A stretch of DNA of 64,000 nt from an uncultured Gammaproteobacteria bacterium (GTDB lineage: Bacteria; Patescibacteriota; Microgenomatia; Levybacterales; GWA1-39-11): assembly GCA_964485575.1 (NCBI GenBank), contig CAZAJO010000006.1:8990-72989 (forward strand), in the 5' to 3' direction. Below the pieces are notes generated by a model. The model worked only from the letters and a program-made list of their open reading frames with translations. It was not told where the DNA came from and did no database searches. The position numbers and the translations under genes were made by a program. Positions 37,722 to 46,696 of the stretch are shown piece by piece. Position 1 is the first letter of the stretch. Every line of letters begins with the position of its first letter.

Positions 37722-38383
37722 TGCCGTATTGTATACCCAAAACCGCGGATACTTTTTATAAGCTTTGTAGGGAATCCCCCATCTACTTTTTTCCTAAGGT
37801 AACCGATATATACGTCAACAACTCTTGACTCAATATCCGGTGAGTACATCCATATGTGATCAAGTATTGTCTCTCGACTAAGTACTGTGCCACGATTCAG
37901 TAAAAGATACTCAAGCAATTTAAATTCTTTTGCAGTCAAAGAGATAGGTTTGCCGCTTCTAGTCACTTCCATGGTGTGTGTATCAAGAACAAGGTCATCT
38001 AGTACAAGCTGGGGATTAACAGATTGTTTTAACCTGGCTCTAATACGAGCTAGAAGTTCGTCTGTATCAAAAGGTTTTGGAAGATAATCATCAGCGCCAA
38101 GATCTAGCCCATGAACTATCTCACTCTTTGAATCTTTAGCGGTAAGGATGATTATGGGTAAGTCTGGATAGTTTTTCTTGACCTCTGTACACACTGTTTC
38201 GCCAGAAATGCTTTCAATACCAAGATCTAGCAAAATAAGATCCGGAGGTGTTTCTTTCACAAAATTTAAAGCTACCGTGCCGTCAGAAGTCACTTTCGTT
38301 CTGTAACCAGCTTCCTTTAACGATTCTTCAAGATATCCGCTGATATTTTTATCATCTTCTACAATTAAAATTTTATGTATCAT
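37718..38383 (-). CDS. two-component response regulator, OmpR family
   Basis: MIHKILIVEDD.., DLILLDLGI, ILTAKD, winged helix ..VDVYIGYLRKKVD..IRGFGYTI. Start taken at the internal ATG 38383. Overlaps the kinase start (operon). Confidence 0.85.
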   Translation of the reverse strand: MIHKILIVEDDKNISGYLEESLKEAGYRTKVTSDGTVALNFVKETPPDLILLDLGIESISGETVCTEVKKNYPDLPIIILTAKDSKSEIVHGLDLGADDYLPKPFDTDELLARIRARLKQSVNPQLVLDDLVLDTHTMEVTRSGKPISLTAKEFKLLEYLLLNRGTVLSRETILDHIWMYSPDIESRVVDVYIGYLRKKVDGGFPTKLIKSIRGFGYTIRQ

Positions 38384-38390
38384 AATACTT

Positions 38391-38433
38391 AATACAGGCA
38401 CAGTATACCATTTCTGACACACATGCCTGTATT
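38391..38433. promoter_or_regulatory. 10-bp perfect inverted repeat AATACAGGCA-N23-TGCCTGTATT bracketing an extended -10-like TGGTATACT (minus strand)
   Basis: Located between the GlsB-like gene stop and the response regulator start. Operator-like geometry. Confidence 0.35.
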
Positions 38434-38444
38434 ATAAGCTAAAT

Positions 38445-38693
38445 TTAGAAGCCAAAATGCATTTTGCGACCAACCCATATAAGGATCACTGACCCCAATA
38501 CAGCAACAAAAATGCTATAGATATTAAAACCGGTAACTGAAGGTTGTCCGAACATGTTCATTAAAAAACCGCCAACAACTGCTCCAACAATTCCTAATAT
38601 AATATCCATTAAAAGTCCTCCCTCACTTTTCATAATTACTGATGCAATCCATCCAGCAATAGCTCCAAAAACAATCCATAATAATATACCCAT
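38445..38693 (-). CDS. GlsB/YeaQ/YmgE family (transglycosylase-associated) stress membrane protein
   Basis: MGILLWIVFGAIAGWIA..IILGIVGAVVGGFL is the family signature. Confidence 0.8.
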   Translation of the reverse strand: MGILLWIVFGAIAGWIASVIMKSEGGLLMDIILGIVGAVVGGFLMNMFGQPSVTGFNIYSIFVAVLGSVILIWVGRKMHFGF

Positions 38694-38694
38694 A

Positions 38695-38889
38695 CTATTT
38701 GCCCTCCTTTCCTATAAAAGATTTAGTGCTTGCCTCAACAGGTGCAGTCAGAACTCCATAAAAACTACGAACAACGTTGAGGATTGGTTTTTCTATCTCA
38801 AAAGCAACTCCGAAGAAAACATTTACTTTTTGCTCGTTGTGGTGAGGAAGATAAAGTGCTTTGTGAAACTTTGCTTGTGTGTATGTCAT
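38695..38889 (-). CDS. small hypothetical protein (uncertain)
   Basis: 64-aa ORF tightly packed between flanking genes. Confidence 0.25.
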   Translation of the reverse strand: MTYTQAKFHKALYLPHHNEQKVNVFFGVAFEIEKPILNVVRSFYGVLTAPVEASTKSFIGKEGK

Positions 38890-38953
38890 ATGCCCATATT
38901 AGAGCAACAACATATGAGACAAAGAAGAGAAATGTGAGAATTTGGAAAGAAAA

Positions 38954-39547
38954 CTAAGATTGTTCCTGATCGACTTTAAAGAAGAACGCCTGCTCTTCCA
39001 TCGCTCCGAGTGGTGTTTCTGTGTATGTTCGTACACCTGTTGCTCTTTGCGCTCGAGAAACTTCCAAACCAATTCTCATATTTCGCTCAAACGCTTCGTC
39101 CGTACTTATTCTATGCTTGTTACTGATACGCATAAGGAGATTTGTTGCTTCTCCACCCATATTTAAAACATGCGTTGCAGCATTCATTTTTTTTGCCTCC
39201 TCAGATAAATAATACTCAGGAGCCATGTAATCAATTGGCTTTTTGAATCCTAATCCGTCTCTTAGCACCATCGTTGTGTCATCGTATAATTCGTATAGAG
39301 CAGCCCCCAAGAGATTACAGCAAGCAACAAAAGTTCTTCTGTCAGTATTTCTGGCTTTTGCTTCTTCTTCTAACGCATCAAACAGCGAGGGATCATAAAC
39401 TCCAACCTTTATTTTCTGCACTTCAAAGGCAGGTAAAAAATCAGGGACTTCGAAAGTTGCTGGCTTCCCATCAAATGTTTCGTGTGGCTCCATTTCAGGC
39501 ATAAGGTTGATATTATAGGGCCATTTTGATTTTTTGACAATACGCAA
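38954..39547 (-). CDS. hypothetical protein
   Basis: 197 aa, no motif recognised. Confidence 0.45.
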   Translation of the reverse strand: MRIVKKSKWPYNINLMPEMEPHETFDGKPATFEVPDFLPAFEVQKIKVGVYDPSLFDALEEEAKARNTDRRTFVACCNLLGAALYELYDDTTMVLRDGLGFKKPIDYMAPEYYLSEEAKKMNAATHVLNMGGEATNLLMRISNKHRISTDEAFERNMRIGLEVSRAQRATGVRTYTETPLGAMEEQAFFFKVDQEQS

Positions 39548-39583
39548 AGCTCTTTTAATGTGAAGCTTGTACTTTGAGGAATA

Positions 39584-40798
39584 TCAATTAAGATTAATAC
39601 TGTCAGCTAAGTCTCCTAGAAGTTCTTTTTCAGACTTGAGTAGTTGTATAGAATTATAAAAAAGTTCCTCTGGGCTTTCGGGTACCTGTAATTTACCTAA
39701 ATTCACTTCGTGATCACGTTCCAGCTGTGCTACAGGCTCACCAAAAGTTCCGTCTGGGTTCCTTGATGGCATGTAAGACGGGTCTGTCGAATACCCCAGA
39801 GCACCAAACCAGTTGAGATTTGCTTTACCATTTTTTTCACTAGCTTCAAGTTCTCGCCTCTTAAGAGACATCAATATTCTAAGTCCACTCCATTTGTTAA
39901 ATTCATTTGCAGAGATATGTTCATTCTGATGATCAACTTTTTCAACAGGACTTTTTCTTGGACTTTGCCAAGGTATACAACCAAAACTGAACAGATTTTC
40001 CACATCCGAGCCAACAAGTGAATATTCAGCCATTGCCATAGAGACATAATTAACTGCAGCATTAAATCTATTCACATTGCCCCGTTCAGTTATAGGTCTA
40101 TCTGCAACCTTTTTCTTGAGCTCACTTGCACTATGGGCAATATCGTACAGCAAACCGAACTCCTCGGGCCAAATCATTCTCTGTAAACTGTGATGTACCA
40201 CATCATGTATATCAGTTGCTGGTATGTAACCCTTTGCCATCAGGGCGTAAAAAGAGTCGGGCATTATCATAAAATTAGTTGGCTTTTCACCATTTACGGT
40301 AGGGCTTACCATTTTTTGGCTCTTTGCCTGTGTAAGGAAATCACCAATATTTGCCTCATTAAAAAATAAGGCTCCTAAGCGGGATGTAAATTTTTCCCTG
40401 AAATCCTTAGGTGCTTTGATTTCACCACTGAGTAATCCTGAAGCTGTAATTATCAAGCCTGGGATATGCATTTGAGATGAATTTACAACTTCGCTGTTAA
40501 CTCCTGTCGTAGTTGTTCCCGAAATCGACTCTTTAATAAATAAAGGTAACTCAGCTTGTTCAGGGTCATCGTGTGTATGTATAGTTGAAGTTACGTCAAT
40601 GGTTAGCCCTTTTTTGCCATTAAGCACTGCGTTATCTGCAGCTACTGTTAAATAACCGTTTTCTATGCATTGCTCGCGAAAAGGACTTGTCCTGTATTCA
40701 AAAACGAACTGTTCACCTAATTTGGTGAGAGCATCAATCTCGTTTTCCCTCGATCTCCATACCGCCCACTCTTCCATTGGTTTGTTTGTCTCACGCAT
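39584..40798 (-). CDS. hypothetical protein
   Basis: 404 aa, no motif recognised. Divergent from the STAND gene. Confidence 0.45.
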   Translation of the reverse strand: MRETNKPMEEWAVWRSRENEIDALTKLGEQFVFEYRTSPFREQCIENGYLTVAADNAVLNGKKGLTIDVTSTIHTHDDPEQAELPLFIKESISGTTTTGVNSEVVNSSQMHIPGLIITASGLLSGEIKAPKDFREKFTSRLGALFFNEANIGDFLTQAKSQKMVSPTVNGEKPTNFMIMPDSFYALMAKGYIPATDIHDVVHHSLQRMIWPEEFGLLYDIAHSASELKKKVADRPITERGNVNRFNAAVNYVSMAMAEYSLVGSDVENLFSFGCIPWQSPRKSPVEKVDHQNEHISANEFNKWSGLRILMSLKRRELEASEKNGKANLNWFGALGYSTDPSYMPSRNPDGTFGEPVAQLERDHEVNLGKLQVPESPEELFYNSIQLLKSEKELLGDLADSINLN

Positions 40799-40861
40799 AT
40801 AAAAGGATTATAATACCTTAATTGTCAGAATATCTGACAATTTCGTATATATAATTCTTTT

Positions 40862-43114
40862 ATGAACTTGTCACAGAAAAACAAATTTTCTTACTTATTC
40901 CGAAAGTACCGATTAAAGTCAGAATTTGAAACTCTCTCAGATTTCGGAAATGCACTTGCAGAAAAAGGTAGAATATACGAAGATAGTCTTTTTTCGCACT
41001 GGCAAAAAGGGTCTCGTGTACCAAGTGACCGTACCTTGCTACTTAAAATCATATCCTTATTTTCCGAGCTTCATGGCATTAACTCAATAGCAGAGTCAAA
41101 TGAATTTCTTGAGGCCGCTGGACTTTCTGCATTAACCACAGAAGAGATAGATCAATTGCCTGAGAATATAAAGGATATAGCTCCTTTTTTAGCTCCTAAT
41201 AAAATCGTAAATTATATTCAACGAAAAGAAATTCAAAAAAACTCTCGAGAAGCATTGGATTCACTACATATCCTAATACTTTCAGGAAGACCAGGGTCTG
41301 GGAAGTCTGCTTTAGCAATAGAAATGGCCCACGAGTATGCAGCCAGTTATCCAGATGGAGTTTTGTGGTTTCGCGCTGATACAACAACAGCTATGGACAT
41401 CTTAATGGCAATAAGTTTGATTTATAAGAAAGATGTTGCTCATATTAATAATCTTGAGGCTCGAGCTGCTTATGTTAGGTCATTTATGAAAGATAAAAAG
41501 GTCCTCTATATATTTGATAATGTAGAAACAGACTTTGACCATTCCCTATTAATACCCAATCTTGAAAAAAATGCCGTCATTCTAACGACAACAAGCCCTG
41601 AACTTTCAGGTTTTAAAAAGTCATCTATTATTACAGCTTCTCAATTTAACATTTCTGAAACCGAAGAACTTTTTGAATTAATATTAGGGAGCAAAAGTTT
41701 TGAGTTAGTCCGAAATCAACTGCTTGAGATTGCAGAACTCGTTGATTATTTGCCTCTGGCTATTCAAATAATTGCAAGACAGATCGCTGCTAAGAAATAT
41801 AGCACATTAGAAATTATTGAATATTTAAAGAACGATAGCTTTGAACTGAAGCAACTAAAGTATGAGAACAAAGATTTACAATCGACTCTTGAGGCAAGTT
41901 TTAAAAAACTTAATAAAAATGTGGCAACAGTTCTGCTCTCCTTATCTGTTTTTTCTGGTAAAGACTTCTCGTTAGAGGCTGCGATTTCATTACATAATTA
42001 CTCAAGATCACAGATAAAAAACTACTTACTGGAACTTGTTGATAATTCGTTAATTGAAATTTCTTCTGACTCAAGATATAGGCTCAACCCCTTTATCTTG
42101 CGTTTTATTAGAGAAAAGAATACTAATCTCGAGATTTATACAAAAGCAGCCGAGTATTACACTTCTTTATTTAATAATATCAAGGAAGCAGAAATAGAAC
42201 ACCAGATCCTTGTGTACGAGCAAGATAATATTTCCGGGGTTTTAACCCAATGCTTTCAGAACGAACAGTACGCTTTCGTATGCAAATTATTTAAGAATTT
42301 TGGTGTATTTCTGTGGGAAACAGGTCAATGGGAAAAGCTGAAAAATTTTGCTTTCTTAGCTTATAAAAGTGCCAGTAAAATAAATGACAATCAAAGTAGG
42401 ATGCTTATTTGCAACAGAGAACTCAGCTGGGTTTATTATTGGACTGGTGATATTAAGTTGTCCTTAAAGTATACACTTGAGGCAAATAAACTTGCAGCTG
42501 AGCTTAATGACCGCTACTACACAGCTTATACTGAAGAAAGGCTGTCTAAAATCTATCAAGGCATGCGAAGATATGAAGAATCGATTTCTTTAGCTCTTTC
42601 ATCTTTGGCTTACTTTGAGGAAATACACGATTCTTTAAGAATTTCAAATAATTTGCGTCACTTGGGAGAAACTTATTTGATGCTGGGTGATTATATGGTT
42701 GCAAAAGAGTATATCCAGAAATCAAGGGATGCCCTTAAAAAGGTGAAAAATAGGAGGGTTCGGCTGATTCAAGAATGTGTATCTTTGACAGAACTTGCAG
42801 CTATCTTCTATCTTGAGAACAACTTTGAAAGGGCTAAAGAGTTGTTTATGGAAAGTGAAGAAATGGAAGAAAGCATTAAAAGCTTTACTCTTAATCGGAT
42901 TTGGATTAATATTGTGCTCGGATTGATATATGAATCAAAAGAAGATGTGTTTAATGCAAAACAGAAGTTCAGGCTAGCAGAAGATGCATGTATATATCTA
43001 GGGATGAGACGTAACATCTCGGAGATAAGCCCTATTTTGGCTGCTTTGAAGAAGCAACTTGCAAATAGCACTATTTACCAACAGTCGCCTTTTTTGACAT
43101 ACATGAAAAATTAA
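40862..43114 (+). CDS. STAND-class NTPase: N-terminal XRE-like HTH, NB-ARC/AAA ATPase core, C-terminal TPR repeats
   Basis: HTH-like LSDFGNALAEKGRIYEDSLFSHWQKGSRVPSDRTLLLKI. Walker A ILSGRPGSGKSALAIEMA, Walker B VLYIFDNVE, arm ..LPLAIQIIARQIA. Then about 350 aa of TPR-like repeats. Confidence 0.7.
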   Translation: MNLSQKNKFSYLFRKYRLKSEFETLSDFGNALAEKGRIYEDSLFSHWQKGSRVPSDRTLLLKIISLFSELHGINSIAESNEFLEAAGLSALTTEEIDQLPENIKDIAPFLAPNKIVNYIQRKEIQKNSREALDSLHILILSGRPGSGKSALAIEMAHEYAASYPDGVLWFRADTTTAMDILMAISLIYKKDVAHINNLEARAAYVRSFMKDKKVLYIFDNVETDFDHSLLIPNLEKNAVILTTTSPELSGFKKSSIITASQFNISETEELFELILGSKSFELVRNQLLEIAELVDYLPLAIQIIARQIAAKKYSTLEIIEYLKNDSFELKQLKYENKDLQSTLEASFKKLNKNVATVLLSLSVFSGKDFSLEAAISLHNYSRSQIKNYLLELVDNSLIEISSDSRYRLNPFILRFIREKNTNLEIYTKAAEYYTSLFNNIKEAEIEHQILVYEQDNISGVLTQCFQNEQYAFVCKLFKNFGVFLWETGQWEKLKNFAFLAYKSASKINDNQSRMLICNRELSWVYYWTGDIKLSLKYTLEANKLAAELNDRYYTAYTEERLSKIYQGMRRYEESISLALSSLAYFEEIHDSLRISNNLRHLGETYLMLGDYMVAKEYIQKSRDALKKVKNRRVRLIQECVSLTELAAIFYLENNFERAKELFMESEEMEESIKSFTLNRIWINIVLGLIYESKEDVFNAKQKFRLAEDACIYLGMRRNISEISPILAALKKQLANSTIYQQSPFLTYMKN

Positions 43115-43115
43115 T

Positions 43116-43667
43116 ATGAAGGAAGTAGAAATAAAAGCAAAATTAAATGGTATGCATGATAGTCCTGAGTCGATTGAAGCAAGGACCGGCTTGCGTTGGG
43201 AAGAATCTGTCGACCAGAAAGACACAATTTTTCTTCCTGTAGGTATGGATTTTGGTAATTTAACTGATGGTTCACCAGTTTTCCGCCTGAGAGAAGTTGA
43301 TGGGGCCACAATTCTAACTCTTAAAATCTCTTCAGCAGACGCTTCGGAAAGAGCCGAAGAAGAGATATTGGTTGATGATAGTTCTAAGACTAGAAGGATA
43401 GTTGAGTTGTTAGGATTTTCAGAGGCTATAACAATAGAAAAAAGAAGAAGAAAAATGAATTTCGGAGAGTATCTGCTCTTTTTTGATGATGTTCAGGATC
43501 TAGGACAGTTCTTGGAAATTGAAAAGTTGGTTGATGACAATGTAGACGCAGGGCCGATAAAGGAGGATATGATCGCAAGTCTTCAAGCTCTTGGGCTGGA
43601 AGACTTAACAGTTGTGAACAGATCTTACGACGCTCTCCTGTATCAGGCTCGTACTTATAATTCTTAA
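43116..43667 (+). CDS. CYTH domain protein (class IV adenylyl cyclase/CyaB-thiamine triphosphatase fold)
   Basis: Starts MKEVEIKAKL (the EIEIK-type CYTH N-terminal motif). About 180 aa with conserved acidic/basic residues (RLRE, EIEK). ATG overlaps the upstream stop as aTAAtATG. Confidence 0.55.
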   Translation: MKEVEIKAKLNGMHDSPESIEARTGLRWEESVDQKDTIFLPVGMDFGNLTDGSPVFRLREVDGATILTLKISSADASERAEEEILVDDSSKTRRIVELLGFSEAITIEKRRRKMNFGEYLLFFDDVQDLGQFLEIEKLVDDNVDAGPIKEDMIASLQALGLEDLTVVNRSYDALLYQARTYNS

Positions 43668-43675
43668 CTTTCATT

Positions 43676-44257
43676 ATGAAAAAAAAATTAGTAATTTTAT
43701 TTGGACCCTCCGGAGTGGGGAAAAGCAGTTTGATCGGACAAATTACAAAGCTCGAACCAAGAATTAAGGCCGTTATTCCTTTTACTGATAGGCCCAAAAG
43801 GCAAGGCGAATTTTCCAGAAGGAGTATCTCGAGAAAAGACTTCGATCAGTTAGAATCAAAAGCTCAATATATTATCGCAAAGAATATATATGGATATCGA
43901 TACGCAACAAACAAGACAGAGATAAATAGTCTTATAAAAAAAGGTGTAGTGCCAGTCATCGATTTTCCATTGGACAGAGTGGATTTCTTATCAGATTTTA
44001 AAAAAGACGTTTGTGGGATTTACATTGCTCCACCCTCTCTTGCCGTTCTAAAGAGTCGATTGCGTAAGGATGGAAGAGATGTCGATTTGAAAAGGTTTGA
44101 AGAAGGAAAGCTTGAGCTTTCAAAGTTGAAGCAAATGGAATTTAAGCACCCATACATAAGTGCAGTTGTGGTTAATAGTGATCTTGAAAAACAAAGTAAA
44201 GAACTTCTTTCAATTATCTACGAAAATACTAATCTTTCCAAAAAGGAAATTCTGTAG
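43676..44257 (+). CDS. guanylate kinase-like P-loop nucleotide kinase
   Basis: GPSGVGKSSL (P-loop), FTDRPKRQGE (TTRxxRxGE-like NMP-binding motif), YGYRYA, VVPVIDF. Confidence 0.55.
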   Translation: MKKKLVILFGPSGVGKSSLIGQITKLEPRIKAVIPFTDRPKRQGEFSRRSISRKDFDQLESKAQYIIAKNIYGYRYATNKTEINSLIKKGVVPVIDFPLDRVDFLSDFKKDVCGIYIAPPSLAVLKSRLRKDGRDVDLKRFEEGKLELSKLKQMEFKHPYISAVVVNSDLEKQSKELLSIIYENTNLSKKEIL

Positions 44258-44453
44258 TTTTAATCCTTCATAAATATTTATTTCCTATTTTAGTCATGTT
44301 TGATGACAATTTATATAGAAGTGATATATTGCAACAAAAATTTTCACGCAGTGTAATGATAATGATTCTTTGGCAGGACTCTACAAATTGCCCCTCTGTA
44401 CAGTCCAATATTAATAACTTTTCGATTCTAACTTTTGTCTGCCCGAAGACTAA

Positions 44454-44478
44454 CAGCTCAGGCAGAGCTGTTTTTTTT
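44454..44478 (+). terminator. rho-independent terminator-like hairpin CAGCTC-aggca-GAGCTG + T8 in the 5' leader of the tasA-like gene
   Basis: Perfect 6-bp stem plus TTTTTTTT, 200 nt downstream of the previous stop and 33 nt upstream of a strong AAAGGAGG SD and the ATG at 44512. Terminator or attenuator. Confidence 0.55.
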
Positions 44479-44511
44479 GTAGGCTTACTATACGAAAGGA
44501 GGTGAATATAT

Positions 44512-45060
44512 ATGAATAAAAAAATAATGATGAGCGGACTTTCAATAATTTCAGCTCTCACACTTTTAGGAGGCACAGCTTTCGCTGCATTTACTACACA
44601 AGCAACAGCTACTGGTAATACTTTTTCAACCGACAATCCTGCACTTCTGATTTCCTCAGACAGCGCAAATTATTTTGGTGATATTGTAAATCCATTTAAT
44701 GATGCCAATATTGTCCCAGGGTATGAAAGAACTTTTACTTTCTACCTAAAAAACACAGGTAATTCTGCACTTGATGTAAATGCACATTTTACTGGAGTTG
44801 CAGATATTCTTGATAACGTTTTAGTAACTGATTTTGACTGTAGTAATGCTGCAGATCCAAGTGCTTTTAGTGTTACATCCATGAAAGGCGGGTCTGTTAG
44901 TTTGGGAACTATCCAACCTGGAGCACCAAATGCGCTAACATGTCATGTAAAGGTTACACTACCTGTTTCAGTTGACGATACTTATAAAAATAGAACATCT
45001 GTTTTTACAGTTGAATTTAATGGAACAACGGTAGCTCCATCACCTATTCCTGCACCTTAG
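44512..45060 (+). CDS. TasA/camelysin-like secreted protein with SipW-cognate signal peptide
   Basis: MNKKIMMSGLSIISALTLLGGTAFAAFTTQATATGNTFST matches the SipW-dependent signal consensus (..GGTfAyFtd..tNtF). IVPGYERTFTFYLKNTGNSALDV parallels TasA LKPGDK..F.F.NNGSL. Confidence 0.65.
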   Translation: MNKKIMMSGLSIISALTLLGGTAFAAFTTQATATGNTFSTDNPALLISSDSANYFGDIVNPFNDANIVPGYERTFTFYLKNTGNSALDVNAHFTGVADILDNVLVTDFDCSNAADPSAFSVTSMKGGSVSLGTIQPGAPNALTCHVKVTLPVSVDDTYKNRTSVFTVEFNGTTVAPSPIPAP

Positions 45061-45070
45061 TTTTTCGTCT

Positions 45071-45099
45071 GGTGGTGGGAGACTGCCTTTCCCGCCACC
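45071..45099 (+). other. GC-rich stem-loop (GGTGGTGGG-N11-CCCGCCACC) between tasA-like and sipW
   Basis: 9-bp stem with one GU in an AT-rich background. Possible processing or attenuation site. Confidence 0.35.
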
Positions 45100-45124
45100 G
45101 ACACCGGTAAGAAAATAAATACAT

Positions 45125-45676
45125 ATGAAAACGTTCAAACAAATATCAAATATACTACTAGCTGTTTTTATATTCAGTCTGGTTCCAATAGTTTTATTTA
45201 TATTTGTTACTTCAAGATCACCAATACTATTTGGAATTCGTTCTTATGTTGTAGTTACGGGAAGTATGACTCCAGCACTGCCTATAGGAAGTATGGTATT
45301 TACCTATCCAAAAGCTACCTACAATATCGGTGAGATCATAACTTTTAAAAGAGGAAATATCACAATTACACACAGAATCAATGATGTAAAAGACGGGAAC
45401 TATATTACAAAAGGGGATGCAAATAGCTCTACCGACACTCAAATTGTCAGTAAATCCGATATAATTGGTCACGATGTAGCTGTTGTTCCTTTCATCGGAA
45501 GACTGACAGGATTTATCAAAACACCAATCGGGTTTGGGTTACTTTTGGGTATCCCAACTCTACTTTTTGTCTTTTTTGAAGCATGGCAGATGAAAAAGGA
45601 GTGGGAAAAGATAATTGAAAAAAGAGTTAGAGACAACCTTACTACAATAAATCCATTTCATGAATTAAAATTATGA
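45125..45676 (+). CDS. sipW: signal peptidase I, archaeal/ER-type (SipW)
   Basis: N-terminal TM, VVVTGSMTPALPIGSMVF (catalytic Ser box), ITHRI (catalytic His), KGDANSSTD, C-terminal TM. This is the S26B/SipW architecture. Confidence 0.8.
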   Translation: MKTFKQISNILLAVFIFSLVPIVLFIFVTSRSPILFGIRSYVVVTGSMTPALPIGSMVFTYPKATYNIGEIITFKRGNITITHRINDVKDGNYITKGDANSSTDTQIVSKSDIIGHDVAVVPFIGRLTGFIKTPIGFGLLLGIPTLLFVFFEAWQMKKEWEKIIEKRVRDNLTTINPFHELKL

Positions 45677-46158
45677 ATAAGAAGCGAGGACTGATAGGAC
45701 TGTCATTGTTAGTAGCTTTTTGTCTCACTTTGGTAAGTACTTCTTTTGCAAAGTTTACGACATCTGCCACGGCAACAAATAATACATTTTCAACAGCTCT
45801 TGTCTTTGGTACTCCAACCCCCTCAGTATCACCTTCGCCTACTGTAGTCCCTACAACAACACCAACTCCTACTGTGACACCATCTGCTACTCCAACGCCT
45901 ACTGGAACAGGATGCACAAATAACGTTGTCGTTACAGGAGGAGGTACAGGTTCTAATACTTCAGCGACGGTAATTTGCGAAAATAACTCAACTACTACTC
46001 AAACCAACAATACAACTACGAATACTAATATTGATACAAGCTCAAACACTGGGGGAAATACTCAGAATGGAAATACAGGTGGGACAAATACAACAACAAG
46101 TGGTTCTTCAAATACGGTGACAGTTACAACATCCGGGTCCTCAAACACTACGCATTAA
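45673..46158 (+). CDS. second SipW-cognate-signal secreted protein, Thr/Pro/Ser/Asn-rich
   Basis: LVSTSFAKFTTSATATNNTFSTA repeats the cognate signal consensus. The remainder is low-complexity TPT/NTT with two Cys. Confidence 0.55.
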   Translation: MNKKRGLIGLSLLVAFCLTLVSTSFAKFTTSATATNNTFSTALVFGTPTPSVSPSPTVVPTTTPTPTVTPSATPTPTGTGCTNNVVVTGGGTGSNTSATVICENNSTTTQTNNTTTNTNIDTSSNTGGNTQNGNTGGTNTTTSGSSNTVTVTTSGSSNTTH

Positions 46159-46688
46159 CTAACAGGAAGAGCTACAACTACAAATCTTTTTGAATCCAAA
46201 AATCCGGTACAGGTGTAGATAGTGACTCTACTGTCTTTTGTGTTGTCAATTATGTATGTCTGTGATGGATCAACAGTTGCTGTATATTCAACCTTGAACT
46301 CCTTTTTTACACCGTCATTCATCGTGATCCATATCTTTTGACCAGGCTTTACCTGTGGAAGATTTCCTAAAATACTTTTCCAGTTGTGACCATATATCAC
46401 GCTGTTCCCTTTACTTCCTGGCAAAGGAGTTGATTTAAGGTACGAAACACCATTACTTGTCGTTTCCCAAGATTTACCATGAATTGATGCTGGTACTATA
46501 GCTAAATTAGCTTTAATTGATGGGATTTCAATAGATTTTGGGAATTGTCCACCAGTATTTTGGATAACTTGAGGCTTTGCCTTGAAGGTTAGTGGATTTG
46601 AAAAGTTTCTTTGATACAGCAAATAAGCGGCAAAAGCCAAAAAACAGACTCCTACTATCAGAAATAACTTGGAAAAAAAGTTTTGCAT
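46155..46688 (-). CDS. sortase (membrane anchored)
   Basis: N-terminal TM, NSVIYGHNW (catalytic His box), TIYTCTG (TLxTC catalytic Cys), conserved Arg near the C-terminus. Confidence 0.75.
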   Translation of the reverse strand: MQNFFSKLFLIVGVCFLAFAAYLLYQRNFSNPLTFKAKPQVIQNTGGQFPKSIEIPSIKANLAIVPASIHGKSWETTSNGVSYLKSTPLPGSKGNSVIYGHNWKSILGNLPQVKPGQKIWITMNDGVKKEFKVEYTATVDPSQTYIIDNTKDSRVTIYTCTGFLDSKRFVVVALPVS

Positions 46689-46696
46689 GGTACTAA

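Noticed and set aside
44268-44636. 122-aa minus-strand ORF spanning the tasA-like leader and start
   Set aside because: Overlaps the strongly supported plus-strand gene and its SD and terminator. Low-complexity translation.
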